A stretch of DNA of 26,764 nt from a virus. Of the stretch, positions 7,988 through 16,691 are shown piece after piece (the stretch's first letter is position 1; the number at the start of each line of letters is the position of its first letter). The notes under the pieces are model-generated. The model did no database searches, had not been told where the DNA came from, and saw only the letters and a program-made list of their open reading frames with translations. Position numbers and translations under genes: made by a program. The DNA lies in the IMG/VR virus record IMGVR_UViG_3300003309_000010, positions 84,391-111,154 of that record; one strand, given 5' to 3'.

Positions 7988-8887
7988 ATGAAATTAGAAG
8001 CTACATTACGAGAATATAAGAAAAAGAGGACCCTATATACCATCGCACTTATCGGGAGAGAAAGGTACCCTATACGATGCGACCACCTGTATGGTCCCGG
8101 GTATATAGGGGACGTTGAAAAACATTTCAACATGGCTAATGTTGTACTGGAAATACTCAATGACGACAACCAGAAAGCCTTGTTCGATTGTTATGTGGAC
8201 ACGTTTGCTGAACTCAGGTACAGAAGACAAATATACCAAAATCATTTCAAGGCTTCAGAACGTTTTCTGGGGACGTTCCTCGCACTAATGCCGCCAGAAA
8301 GGGTGGAGCGTTTCTGCCAATCAAGGTATCCTGAAGATAAAGACGCTGGTCTCAAAACGTACATGCAGTTGTTGCTTCCTATCCTTATCGCTGTCGCTGC
8401 TGCGCAGGACGAAATCAGACCGTTAAAAGCTTGCAACCAATCTTGGGCGTTAGCCTACAACATGTTCGCTGACAAAGTCTCGCCATTGATGTCGGTCTTT
8501 CCTCGTTACGATGAACTACTCAATGGGATAGAATCTGCTATACAAATTGATAGTGATGCTTGTATCGGCGCAACCCTTTCTGGAGTACCATTGCACCACC
8601 AGTACATTCACTTCATGATGTTGATGTCGTTACAGGATTACGACGACTACATCGGACATGCTAAGACGTTCTACCAAGAATTGGAAAGACCGCTGCAAGG
8701 ACGGTCTCCTACCACTGCGTTTAGACATTCCGAACTCAGTAGACGCAGTAGTGGTAGAAGGGGAGGATCGTCTGATGATTCTGACGTGACCACAGCGGCA
8801 GTTGCTACCGGCACATGGTTATCCTCCGGTAATAACGATTCCAGCAGAAGTTCATCTGGGGGTAGCAGTAGCAATGATAATGATTAA
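7988..8887 (+). CDS. Truncated paralog of the gp68-like nvRNAP specificity subunit (299 aa)
   Basis: Collinear similarity to the next gene: MKLEATLRE/MKFETYYRE, FNMANVVLEILNDDNQKALFDCYV/FDPVNALLKNLTGEQQITLFGAYV, LMPPERVE/VLPPKGVE, QLLLPIL/KLLLPVL. GGGA lies upstream of ATG 7988. Confidence 0.75.
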   Translation: MKLEATLREYKKKRTLYTIALIGRERYPIRCDHLYGPGYIGDVEKHFNMANVVLEILNDDNQKALFDCYVDTFAELRYRRQIYQNHFKASERFLGTFLALMPPERVERFCQSRYPEDKDAGLKTYMQLLLPILIAVAAAQDEIRPLKACNQSWALAYNMFADKVSPLMSVFPRYDELLNGIESAIQIDSDACIGATLSGVPLHHQYIHFMMLMSLQDYDDYIGHAKTFYQELERPLQGRSPTTAFRHSELSRRSSGRRGGSSDDSDVTTAAVATGTWLSSGNNDSSRSSSGGSSSNDND

Positions 8888-8908
8888 AACAATAACTAAG
8901 GGTGATAA

Positions 8909-10468
8909 ATGAAATTTGAAACCTATTATCGGGAAGACATTCCTGCTCGAGAAGGCGGCACAGTAGCCGGGGTAAAAATCGAACTGGATGGGGAGGTGTT
9001 ACATTTTTCCTTAGGGAAGGCGGGAAGGCGTAGCTACGTTGACCCAGACAGACTGTTCGATCCTGTCAATGCGTTACTCAAAAACCTAACTGGAGAACAG
9101 CAGATAACGCTGTTTGGTGCGTATGTGAGAGCCGATCAACTACATAACATCAATGTAGGTGTACAGGAAACCATTGCGGGTCTCATCGGTATCTGTGACG
9201 ATATCTTCGGCGTACTTCCCCCTAAAGGTGTAGAGGCGTGGGGTAAAACCAGTTATCGCGGATTTGAGGTGCCTCAGACTATCACGGAAGAACGCAAGCC
9301 TGGAAGTTACCCTGCTCATTCCAGTTACGATGAAATCGAGTACCGCGCACTATGCGCGTTATCGACAACATTCAAACTGCTGCTTCCGGTGCTGTTCCGG
9401 TTCATGGAAATCTTCGGCCAATTTTACGGAATCGCCATGAAAGAATTCAGGCTATTTCAGCTACTGGATGAAGATGAGCTTAGCGAAGCGGAAGCGTTTG
9501 TTAAACTGTTAAACTACACCACAGGTGTAGTATCGGATGCAACCGGTACCCCAAAAGTACCAATGGGGTTACTGACGGACGGGGTCGGCGCAGATGTCTA
9601 TCCCAGTTATGTCCTAAGCTCTAAACTCATCAGGGACTTGGCCCTGTCAGAAACGGATATCGGTGACAGAGGGGATACCATCAACAACGTTGCGGCGAAA
9701 ATAACGCGAGGTATCAACACGCACGCGGAACAAACCTCACGGCACTTCGACTATGCCGTGAAACCGCTACCTAAGGACAGACCGGGCAACGAAGACGGTA
9801 ACACGTCTATCCGGGAAGATCAAGGTGCCTCAGAACCCTATTCGGATTTGTACCGTGCAGGGTATAATATTGCGGCTTCGGATACCGAGTTGTACATTAA
9901 GTTAGGTATTGAGAAGGACATCTACTTCGTAATGATGGATCACATTGATAGACTTAAACCAACTATCAATGAAAACAAACTATCGGTCGCGATACTAACT
10001 GTAGCATCTCGTTTCGATCCGGAAGGCGTTGCGTTAGTAAATCGAGATAACTTTAAGAACTTGATGGCGTGTTCCGCAGCGTTGTTACACCAATATAAGC
10101 TGCATAATCTTGCCGGATTCATGATGGCAAAATCAGAACCATTGGGTGATGTTGTGTCAGCTGATTTTCTAACCACCCTTAATGCTAAGCCCGATCCTGA
10201 GTTGTTGGCTAAAGCTAAAGCGGTCTATGAAGATGCGCATGATGGGTACAATTACATTGAAAGATGGTTAGACGAGTTCGCTAAACGTATTGCGCAAAAC
10301 GGATGGGAACTGTGTCTACCAGATAGTCTACACCCCAACTACGGAGTAGGGAAACGCTACGTAGCGGGTAAAGATTTCAAAGACGAATTCTTAACATTAA
10401 CTGTGCTGTCTGACGCGGTTCAGGCTAAAGCAAAAACTAACATTGGAGTTCTACAAAAATGTCGTTAA
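8909..10468 (+). CDS. nvRNAP promoter-specificity (sigma-like) subunit, phiKZ gp68-like
   Basis: 519 aa; F..VN.LL..L..EQQ..LF..Y, Y...EY..L..LS...K..LP and EDGNTS..E motifs; canonical position. Confidence 0.78.
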   Translation: MKFETYYREDIPAREGGTVAGVKIELDGEVLHFSLGKAGRRSYVDPDRLFDPVNALLKNLTGEQQITLFGAYVRADQLHNINVGVQETIAGLIGICDDIFGVLPPKGVEAWGKTSYRGFEVPQTITEERKPGSYPAHSSYDEIEYRALCALSTTFKLLLPVLFRFMEIFGQFYGIAMKEFRLFQLLDEDELSEAEAFVKLLNYTTGVVSDATGTPKVPMGLLTDGVGADVYPSYVLSSKLIRDLALSETDIGDRGDTINNVAAKITRGINTHAEQTSRHFDYAVKPLPKDRPGNEDGNTSIREDQGASEPYSDLYRAGYNIAASDTELYIKLGIEKDIYFVMMDHIDRLKPTINENKLSVAILTVASRFDPEGVALVNRDNFKNLMACSAALLHQYKLHNLAGFMMAKSEPLGDVVSADFLTTLNAKPDPELLAKAKAVYEDAHDGYNYIERWLDEFAKRIAQNGWELCLPDSLHPNYGVGKRYVAGKDFKDEFLTLTVLSDAVQAKAKTNIGVLQKCR

Positions 10469-11937
10469 CTATGTTCACCCCCAGACAAGTCTCTATTGGG
10501 GCTATTTTAGGTTCGCAGACGCAATACTCTCGAACCTACTCGCTGAATGCGACTGGCAGTAATGTCAACGATTTGCTTAAGCATACTAGCAATGGGTTAG
10601 ATATCAACGTTAACACTATCGTTAACGGTTCAGGTATCATGGCTATGAGTTCAGATGCCCATGCAGAAATTGATATCGACGGTGGTTGGCAAGAACCTCG
10701 CCATGTATTCGAGCTGATACTGGAGAGCAACACAACAGGTTCATTGTTTATTCTGACCGGATTCACGTCCACAGATTACATGTTGAACGGTCGCATCAAC
10801 CCAAGAGCCGAGATTCATTTCAACACATATACCGAAATGGCTCCTCAACAACAACCAGATGGTTCAATTCAGTACATGGCGATGTCCACCGACAACATCA
10901 TGGCTGCTACAGACCTCAAAGGCAACTTGGAGCTAAACCGTTCGTTGTCGGTAACACCTACCCACGTACTCGCTGCCAGTTCCATGTACGGTATGGGTAA
11001 CGATAACATGACAACCATTGGTCAGCACGATACCTGCGCCAGTACCGCCCGGAACAATCAGGCTGCCGCGTGGTTGGGCCGGACAATCGACAGCTATGTT
11101 ACCCAAATGGACAGCATGGATATGTCTGGTCAAGGTGCGCACGGTTATATGCGTGACGGTGCTGCAAGTGTGGTTGCAAATCATGCATCTCACCATGCTG
11201 CCATAACCGAAACCGATTTGGCGCAAGCTGCGTTCATCGGTAGTTTGTTATCAAACTACCACGATATGTCGGCAGGGGCGCTGACATGGGGCTATCTGCT
11301 GGAAAAATTACCCCAGATTCAACATCTGATTCGGCCACCTTTACCAGCCGGGGGTGGTTCTCAGATTAAACTGGAAGAGTGGAATAACCGCGACACTGCT
11401 ATTATCATCTCAGAATACGCGAGCGCTATTCCAGCATTAATGTTAGAGTGTGGTGTGAAGTATTTCAACCATACGGTAACGAACGTTAATAGCGGGATGA
11501 ATCTGGATCCTTTTAATACAACAGCATGTAGCTATCGTGTCAATGGTGATGCCAATAATCCCGGTGTTTTGTTCTCTGTGGATAATGCTAAGGAAATGGA
11601 ACTGTTAAACATGTTGCAAGTGCGCATCACTAACATGATTTTCCCTCGCATTTCCCGTGGGCACAAAATGACCATTAGTTGTGAAGCAAGCAAGCTCACT
11701 AACATGACTATTGCTGTGGATTGGAATGGGTACACTTTCGCTCATACTGCCGCAACATTTGCTTCGTCTAAGTGGAGTGCGATGTCAGCGAACATCAACA
11801 GTTCGACCGACCTCGCCAACGGCGTTGGTAAATTGGGCAACGCATTAATCGAGGCTCGTCGTGACAATCCAACTGTCTCTGCACAAGCATCATCTTCTAA
11901 CACATCGACCAGCGTTGTAGATGCGTGGTCGAAGTAA
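10459..11937 (+). CDS. Putative phage nucleus protein-import factor PicA/Imp1 (phiKZ gp69-like)
   Basis: 492 aa, overlapping the gp68-like stop; Q..R.Y, I.GGW.E.R..F.L and LTGFT motifs; assigned mainly by synteny. Confidence 0.68.
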   Translation: MSLTMFTPRQVSIGAILGSQTQYSRTYSLNATGSNVNDLLKHTSNGLDINVNTIVNGSGIMAMSSDAHAEIDIDGGWQEPRHVFELILESNTTGSLFILTGFTSTDYMLNGRINPRAEIHFNTYTEMAPQQQPDGSIQYMAMSTDNIMAATDLKGNLELNRSLSVTPTHVLAASSMYGMGNDNMTTIGQHDTCASTARNNQAAAWLGRTIDSYVTQMDSMDMSGQGAHGYMRDGAASVVANHASHHAAITETDLAQAAFIGSLLSNYHDMSAGALTWGYLLEKLPQIQHLIRPPLPAGGGSQIKLEEWNNRDTAIIISEYASAIPALMLECGVKYFNHTVTNVNSGMNLDPFNTTACSYRVNGDANNPGVLFSVDNAKEMELLNMLQVRITNMIFPRISRGHKMTISCEASKLTNMTIAVDWNGYTFAHTAATFASSKWSAMSANINSSTDLANGVGKLGNALIEARRDNPTVSAQASSSNTSTSVVDAWSK

Positions 11938-11956
11938 TCGATAATAAGGAATTACC

Positions 11957-13159
11957 ATGTCTAAACAAACACCCGTTAGAAAACAGACGTTAGAGTTTTT
12001 CAAATCTTTACTCAGCGATGCAGGTTGTGTATTCTCTGATGACGGTGTCATCAGTAGTACGTACCTTAAGTCTGGCACACTTGCAACCAAACAGGTTGAT
12101 ATTGAAGGTCTACCTGTTGTGTTGCCTACTCCGGAGAGGCTGAATGAACCCGAAGGGGAAACCATCGTTTTCGCACCGCTATGCGAAAACGTATTGCAAG
12201 GTGAGAGCGCCATTATCACTATGTTGAAGAAGGTGTTGAACCAAAGCATTAATCAACGCATTGGTATCTTGATGTCGAGCATCGCCACGTTGGCGATTGA
12301 TGAGAGATCTTACTCGCCAAAAATGCGAGCGCTTATCAACAAGAACCCGGACCTGCGTGATAAGACGATCAAACCTCTTAAGAAGTTAATCAGTCGTGTG
12401 GGACACCTACCTACTCAACATATTTTAGGCATCTACTTAACGTCTAAAAATGTTGAGTTCGAAGGACGCAAGGTTAAACGTAAAGCGTCGGTAAGTTCAA
12501 CTCTGTTGGATGAACTCTCTAACGGCAAAACGTGGGGCGTCGATATGCCGAAATGCGATGCCAGAGCTATCGCTACGCTGATTGAGTCAATCATGCCCGG
12601 GGTAAACGAAGACAACTATACCTATGGTAGCAACAGCACTGTGGCGCCAAATTTCCACGCAATTGCATCAGCCTTCTTAAACGTAAGTATGCGTCTTACT
12701 GAAGTCGAAACCATCGTCTATAAATACTTAGATAGCGAAGCGTTGGCAATCATTCCGGAACCCGCATCCAACTCATGGGCAGATGGACTGGAAGACCTGT
12801 ATGTTATGGAGAAGGCATTCCCTTCCTTAACCGGTAACAACGGCAACACTATCGTGGGCAAAACCGCTGCGGTGGATACGAGCAGAGTCAAGGTTGATGA
12901 AGGTAGCGGATTGTCGCCAACGTCATCTCCGCACGCGACTCAGTCTCCTCCGCCTCCTGCGACTGCGGAGACCAAACCTTCCGCGTGGGGAATGCCTCAT
13001 GCTAATACGCCGCCCGCAGCTCCACAACCCGGACAAAGGGGAGGGGACCTTTGGAACGCCCAACCCGCTTCGGGTTTTGCGCCACCTGCGGCTCCTGCTC
13101 AATCGCCAAGCAATTTTGCTGCTCCGGTTCAAAATGGCAATAAGTGGGGGATGGTATAA
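11957..13159 (+). CDS. Conserved phiKZ gp70-like protein with P/A/Q-rich disordered C-terminus
   Basis: G.PVVLPT.E.L, F.PL.EN...GES, Y.YGSNS.VAP.FHA pattern; AAGGA RBS; synteny. Confidence 0.68.
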   Translation: MSKQTPVRKQTLEFFKSLLSDAGCVFSDDGVISSTYLKSGTLATKQVDIEGLPVVLPTPERLNEPEGETIVFAPLCENVLQGESAIITMLKKVLNQSINQRIGILMSSIATLAIDERSYSPKMRALINKNPDLRDKTIKPLKKLISRVGHLPTQHILGIYLTSKNVEFEGRKVKRKASVSSTLLDELSNGKTWGVDMPKCDARAIATLIESIMPGVNEDNYTYGSNSTVAPNFHAIASAFLNVSMRLTEVETIVYKYLDSEALAIIPEPASNSWADGLEDLYVMEKAFPSLTGNNGNTIVGKTAAVDTSRVKVDEGSGLSPTSSPHATQSPPPPATAETKPSAWGMPHANTPPAAPQPGQRGGDLWNAQPASGFAPPAAPAQSPSNFAAPVQNGNKWGMV

Positions 13160-13167
13160 CACAACTT

Positions 13168-13195
13168 GGGGTAGTTTCGGCTACCCCTCTTTTTT
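13168..13195 (+). terminator. Intrinsic terminator
   Basis: GGGGTAGT-TTCG-GCTACCCC followed by TCTTTTTT; UUCG tetraloop. Confidence 0.85.
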
Positions 13196-13218
13196 CAGTA
13201 CAAAGAAGGGGTTTGGGT

Positions 13219-13581
13219 ATGCTCGTTGTATTAAACTCTCGGGATTTGGGTTTATCCGAAAAGACCATAACGACAGTATCGGACGCATTATTTGATTATT
13301 GGTTTTCATCCATTGTGATCGGACAATCGACAATGATGTCTTTGAATGATTACGAGGAAGCCATAATATCAATGTATCTTTCTGGGGACACATTCGCCAC
13401 GATAGACACATTGGCTAAATCTACCGTCTCCGCTATTCTTAAACGAAACATTCCGCCTATGTATTATCAGTGGGTAGGTCGACGCAATGGTACTATATGC
13501 GTTGAACTAATTGGTCAAACACGTGGTGTAATGGCTATAGTAGACCAAGATTGCGGAGGGACGCTACAGTGGGTACACTAA
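13219..13581 (+). CDS. Paralog array member 1 (hypothetical, about 120 aa)
   Basis: Start moved to ATG 13219, downstream of the terminator; motif DYWFSSIVIG. Confidence 0.7.
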   Translation: MLVVLNSRDLGLSEKTITTVSDALFDYWFSSIVIGQSTMMSLNDYEEAIISMYLSGDTFATIDTLAKSTVSAILKRNIPPMYYQWVGRRNGTICVELIGQTRGVMAIVDQDCGGTLQWVH

Positions 13582-13988
13582 TAACAAGGGTAGATAAATC
13601 AGCAGTGTATCATATTCTCGAAGGTTGGGGCGTGGGAGAGTCAGATTATGTTACGGACGACGATAGAGATCCTACTGAACAAATCTGGCCTAACGATTTA
13701 GATGAGATACCAGACAGTGTTGTTCAAGCGTTATTCTGTAAGCTAATGTACGGGATACCGACCGATACACCTTTACATGACATGTTCGAACTTGTGGAGA
13801 AATCGGTCGTTAGCGAGAGTAGCTCGGCAGGGAACAATGTTATTGAGACACCCTACAGATTGTTCATTGCGTATACGCTATTTCCGGCAATACACGATGT
13901 GGTGTGCGGGCTCTTTCCAGATTATTGTCATGAAGAGATCGCGTCAGACGAACATGCTTATATCATAAAGCTATCCAAAGCGGGGTGA
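13569..13988 (+). CDS. Paralog array member 2 (hypothetical)
   Basis: GGAGGG RBS before GTG 13569; motifs ALFCKLMYG, TLFPAIHD, EEIASDEHAYIIKL. Confidence 0.72.
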   Translation: MGTLITRVDKSAVYHILEGWGVGESDYVTDDDRDPTEQIWPNDLDEIPDSVVQALFCKLMYGIPTDTPLHDMFELVEKSVVSESSSAGNNVIETPYRLFIAYTLFPAIHDVVCGLFPDYCHEEIASDEHAYIIKLSKAG

Positions 13989-13993
13989 CAAGC

Positions 13994-14323
13994 ATGCGTC
14001 TTTATCTGACGAAACACGATATAGACAAACACATGCACTACAAGTTTGTGAGTTCGTATGATTTCAAGGATGATGGCGTGTATAAAGAAGTGGGGTACCG
14101 GTTGGTTGGTAGACGCACTGTCAGTAGGTATAGACCAAGAACCGATCTATATGATAGGGACCTAGATGCGATGATAGATCCTTGTATTTCTTCTGAAAGA
14201 TACATAGAGACTACGCATGTGATTCTTGCTATATACTTAGCGCTGGAATGTCGAAATATCAACAAACTAATAATAAAGGCCGTCGCCACACCATCGGGCG
14301 TAGCGTTGACTTTGGCTAATTAG
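13994..14323 (+). CDS. Paralog array member 3 (hypothetical)
   Basis: GGGGTG RBS; motifs MRLYLTKHDI, GYRLVG, VATPSGVALTL. Confidence 0.72.
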   Translation: MRLYLTKHDIDKHMHYKFVSSYDFKDDGVYKEVGYRLVGRRTVSRYRPRTDLYDRDLDAMIDPCISSERYIETTHVILAIYLALECRNINKLIIKAVATPSGVALTLAN

Positions 14324-14333
14324 GGGAGGGGGA

Positions 14334-14708
14334 ATGAAAACTAGAATTACAAACGACGACTTTAGACGCGTATCACGGCCCATCGATCTTGTATGTCACG
14401 ATTTTACTAAATCGGAAATAACCTCAGGACTGAACCAAATATTGTCGGGTTTCGATACTCGAGAGGCCGCTTTACAAAAACCCTCAACCATGTTGTCTGA
14501 AATGAGCACGTCAATAGACCGCGGTTGGGGGATGTCGGTACATAACATCGTTGTTGTGCGTGACATTGCAACTAAAATAATAACACTCGTCAATCGTAGT
14601 ATAGGTCCTGTCATTATACACGAGATAGAATGTCACGAGGAGTACGTCGTGGTCCATTACACGGCGGATGTTGGCGAAGCAGCATTGGACTACAGACGCG
14701 TTAGCTAA
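14334..14708 (+). CDS. Paralog array member 4 (hypothetical)
   Basis: GGAGG RBS; motifs LNQILSG, IHEIECHEEYVVVHY. Confidence 0.75.
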   Translation: MKTRITNDDFRRVSRPIDLVCHDFTKSEITSGLNQILSGFDTREAALQKPSTMLSEMSTSIDRGWGMSVHNIVVVRDIATKIITLVNRSIGPVIIHEIECHEEYVVVHYTADVGEAALDYRRVS

Positions 14709-14717
14709 GGAGGTGTA

Positions 14718-15095
14718 ATGAGAACATTGATTAGTGCGCAGGAAATAGACAAGGTATTGATGGAGTGTGTGGATAGTAACGTGTTCGGTGTAAGCTACAA
14801 ACCGAGCCCTAAGTTAGAAAGCACACTGTCGTCACTATTGTTAGGTGTCACCACCTGCCAAAAAGAACCGGTATACGCGGATACAAACGTCGACGATGAA
14901 TATGGTGGTCAGGCGGCTGCCTATGATCATATTAATCAGCTAGTAGACCTCGCGTTGGCAAATTGCGTATTAGAAATTTTAAACCGCAGTAGGGATTCTG
15001 GAGTCATTGAAGGATTAGAATGCAGAGAAGTCGGCATTGCTGTATTAATCCATAACACTGGCGATAGACCCCCGCCTTATTATAAGGAGAATTAG
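14718..15095 (+). CDS. Paralog array member 5 (hypothetical)
   Basis: AAGGAGGT RBS; motifs LSSLLLG, IEGLECREVGIAVLI. Confidence 0.78.
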   Translation: MRTLISAQEIDKVLMECVDSNVFGVSYKPSPKLESTLSSLLLGVTTCQKEPVYADTNVDDEYGGQAAAYDHINQLVDLALANCVLEILNRSRDSGVIEGLECREVGIAVLIHNTGDRPPPYYKEN

Positions 15096-15096
15096 C

Positions 15097-15531
15097 GTGG
15101 TAACTTCACCTTCACGCTCAACAATTTCGCGTCCTCAACGAAATAAATCAGTGAGCGTTTGTATGCCTTATGTTCAGCTGTATCAGGGTATATATCCTCT
15201 AGCTTGCAATTCAGAGGATACATCACAAACACCTAAGGAGGTGTCAACAGGTCAGTTGGTAATCGACAATCAGTTGACATCGATAGCGTTTGCAAATGTC
15301 ATGTTGGGTACACACAGCGAGGTACAGTATGATATTAAACTCGCTGCCAGAGGCGGGAGAAAAATCATAGAAGGTAACTTGGGCTTCTACTACGATTATC
15401 TGCTTCCTGAGGTAAACCGTACAGTAAGTCGTTCTAACTTGTCAGGTACCTACCTTGGGGTAACAACCAACGGCGTTAGCCTTATCATTACTATGGACTG
15501 CGGTTTATATGTCCCCGCTGTTTCAATTTAG
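15097..15531 (+). CDS. Paralog array member 6 (hypothetical)
   Basis: AAGGAG RBS before GTG; motifs AFANVMLG, DYLLPEVNR. Confidence 0.72.
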   Translation: MVTSPSRSTISRPQRNKSVSVCMPYVQLYQGIYPLACNSEDTSQTPKEVSTGQLVIDNQLTSIAFANVMLGTHSEVQYDIKLAARGGRKIIEGNLGFYYDYLLPEVNRTVSRSNLSGTYLGVTTNGVSLIITMDCGLYVPAVSI

Positions 15532-15546
15532 TACGCGGAGGAGTCT

Positions 15547-15945
15547 ATGCATATGTTGGTCTTGGACAGCGATATGGAGGAATCCAGTTACGTCTATCGT
15601 TGTTTAGATTTTGACCCTCAGTCAAAAGACCGTGTCAATCGCGAGTGTTTGGCTGTATACTTTGAGAAATATTTGTTGGGTAGGGACGCTCTGTTGCTAA
15701 CCAAAGACGACATAATAGACAACTTATACGATACCGCGATGTACCCAGATATGGCCGATGATGAATCTTACATTGTGGATTATTTGTTGGTCGCAATTGT
15801 CTCGGCAGTTAATGAGAGAGCGCGCTTGCACTTGGTGTACGAAACTATCGAAGTTGTACCGTTTGGATACGTGTTAGGTTTCTCTGTTAAAGCTGGAGGG
15901 GTAGTACGTGAGGGTGTTGGTAACGCACAAGCGGTTGCTGGATAA
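15547..15945 (+). CDS. Paralog array member 7 (hypothetical)
   Basis: GGAGGAG RBS; motifs YFEKYLLG, DYLLVAIV, YETIEVVPFGYVLGF. Confidence 0.78.
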   Translation: MHMLVLDSDMEESSYVYRCLDFDPQSKDRVNRECLAVYFEKYLLGRDALLLTKDDIIDNLYDTAMYPDMADDESYIVDYLLVAIVSAVNERARLHLVYETIEVVPFGYVLGFSVKAGGVVREGVGNAQAVAG

Positions 15946-16270
15946 TTGCTATTCAGCGGCTGTTTACCGAGATTTAGATTTCAATGATTTATCCGATGAT
16001 GACGTTAAGTACGCTTTTGAACAAAATGTTAAAGGTGAATGTTTTGTCGATTTAGGTTCAGAATACTACAGTGATAGACTCATGGATACGCCTCTGGGTA
16101 TTAGGATGATGGAAGACCACGATAAACTAGGTTTCATTGTAGCCGACCTCGTCCCCGCCATACTCGACGAATTAGGCGCGGGACGTCAAAATACCGCATT
16201 AGCGCAAACGGTGTTTGAATCTATTGAGTGTCATCCTTTTGGATATAGCGTTATTTTAGAGCGTAATTAG
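15908..16270 (+). CDS. Paralog array member 8 (hypothetical)
   Basis: GGAGGG RBS before GTG; motifs AFEQNVKG, DLVPAILD, FESIECHPFGYSVIL. Confidence 0.78.
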   Translation: MRVLVTHKRLLDNCYSAAVYRDLDFNDLSDDDVKYAFEQNVKGECFVDLGSEYYSDRLMDTPLGIRMMEDHDKLGFIVADLVPAILDELGAGRQNTALAQTVFESIECHPFGYSVILERN

Positions 16271-16298
16271 GTGGGGACGCGTCCCCACCTAATTTTTT
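16265..16298 (+). terminator. Terminator; perfect 30-bp palindrome plus T-tract
   Basis: AATTAGGTGGGGACG|CGTCCCCACCTAATT followed by TTTT, between convergent genes. Confidence 0.85.
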
Positions 16299-16327
16299 GC
16301 GTGATGACGACGTAGAGTTTCTATGTC

Positions 16328-16660
16328 TCAGAACAACGTTTGGTTACTGGAATGTTTGACCGTTTTCACTAATCGTTCCACCGCGTCGACATTCGGTACC
16401 AGTATACCGACCAATTCGCTCACATCGGTTGTGGACGTGTGTTTATTTATCAACATAGTGGTGTTCCAAAATTTCGGGTCGATTCCAAGCGAATCATATA
16501 ACCCTAAAATGTTGTAACGGAACCGAGTGGACGCGACGTTGGTGACTGGCGTTATAGAAGACGTTTTTCTCAGGATAGGTAAATGATCGTAGATCGCTTG
16601 CCTAGCTAACGGCGTGTCGTAACGACCATCGTTGCGCTTTATTCTATCTTTTAATGCCAT
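16328..16660 (-). CDS. Small conserved protein, possibly LysM/T4 gp53-like baseplate wedge fold
   Basis: AAGGA RBS; LGLYDSLGI.PKFW...LIN......LVP resembles the gp53/tail-X pattern. Confidence 0.55.
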   Translation of the reverse strand: MALKDRIKRNDGRYDTPLARQAIYDHLPILRKTSSITPVTNVASTRFRYNILGLYDSLGIDPKFWNTTMLINKHTSTTDVSELVGILVPNVDAVERLVKTVKHSSNQTLF

Positions 16661-16691
16661 GGTAATCCTTAAAAATCATCACTATAGTATT

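Noticed and set aside
12894-13411. Several overlapping alternative-frame ORFs (R/L-rich)
   Set aside because: They are shadows of the GC-rich Pro/Ala codons of the gp70-like tail, cross a terminator and have no RBS.
13219-16270. CRISPR array, DNA tandem repeat or DGR explanation for the small-gene cluster
   Set aside because: No nucleotide-level direct repeats, cas genes or reverse transcriptase are visible; the similarity is only at protein-motif level.
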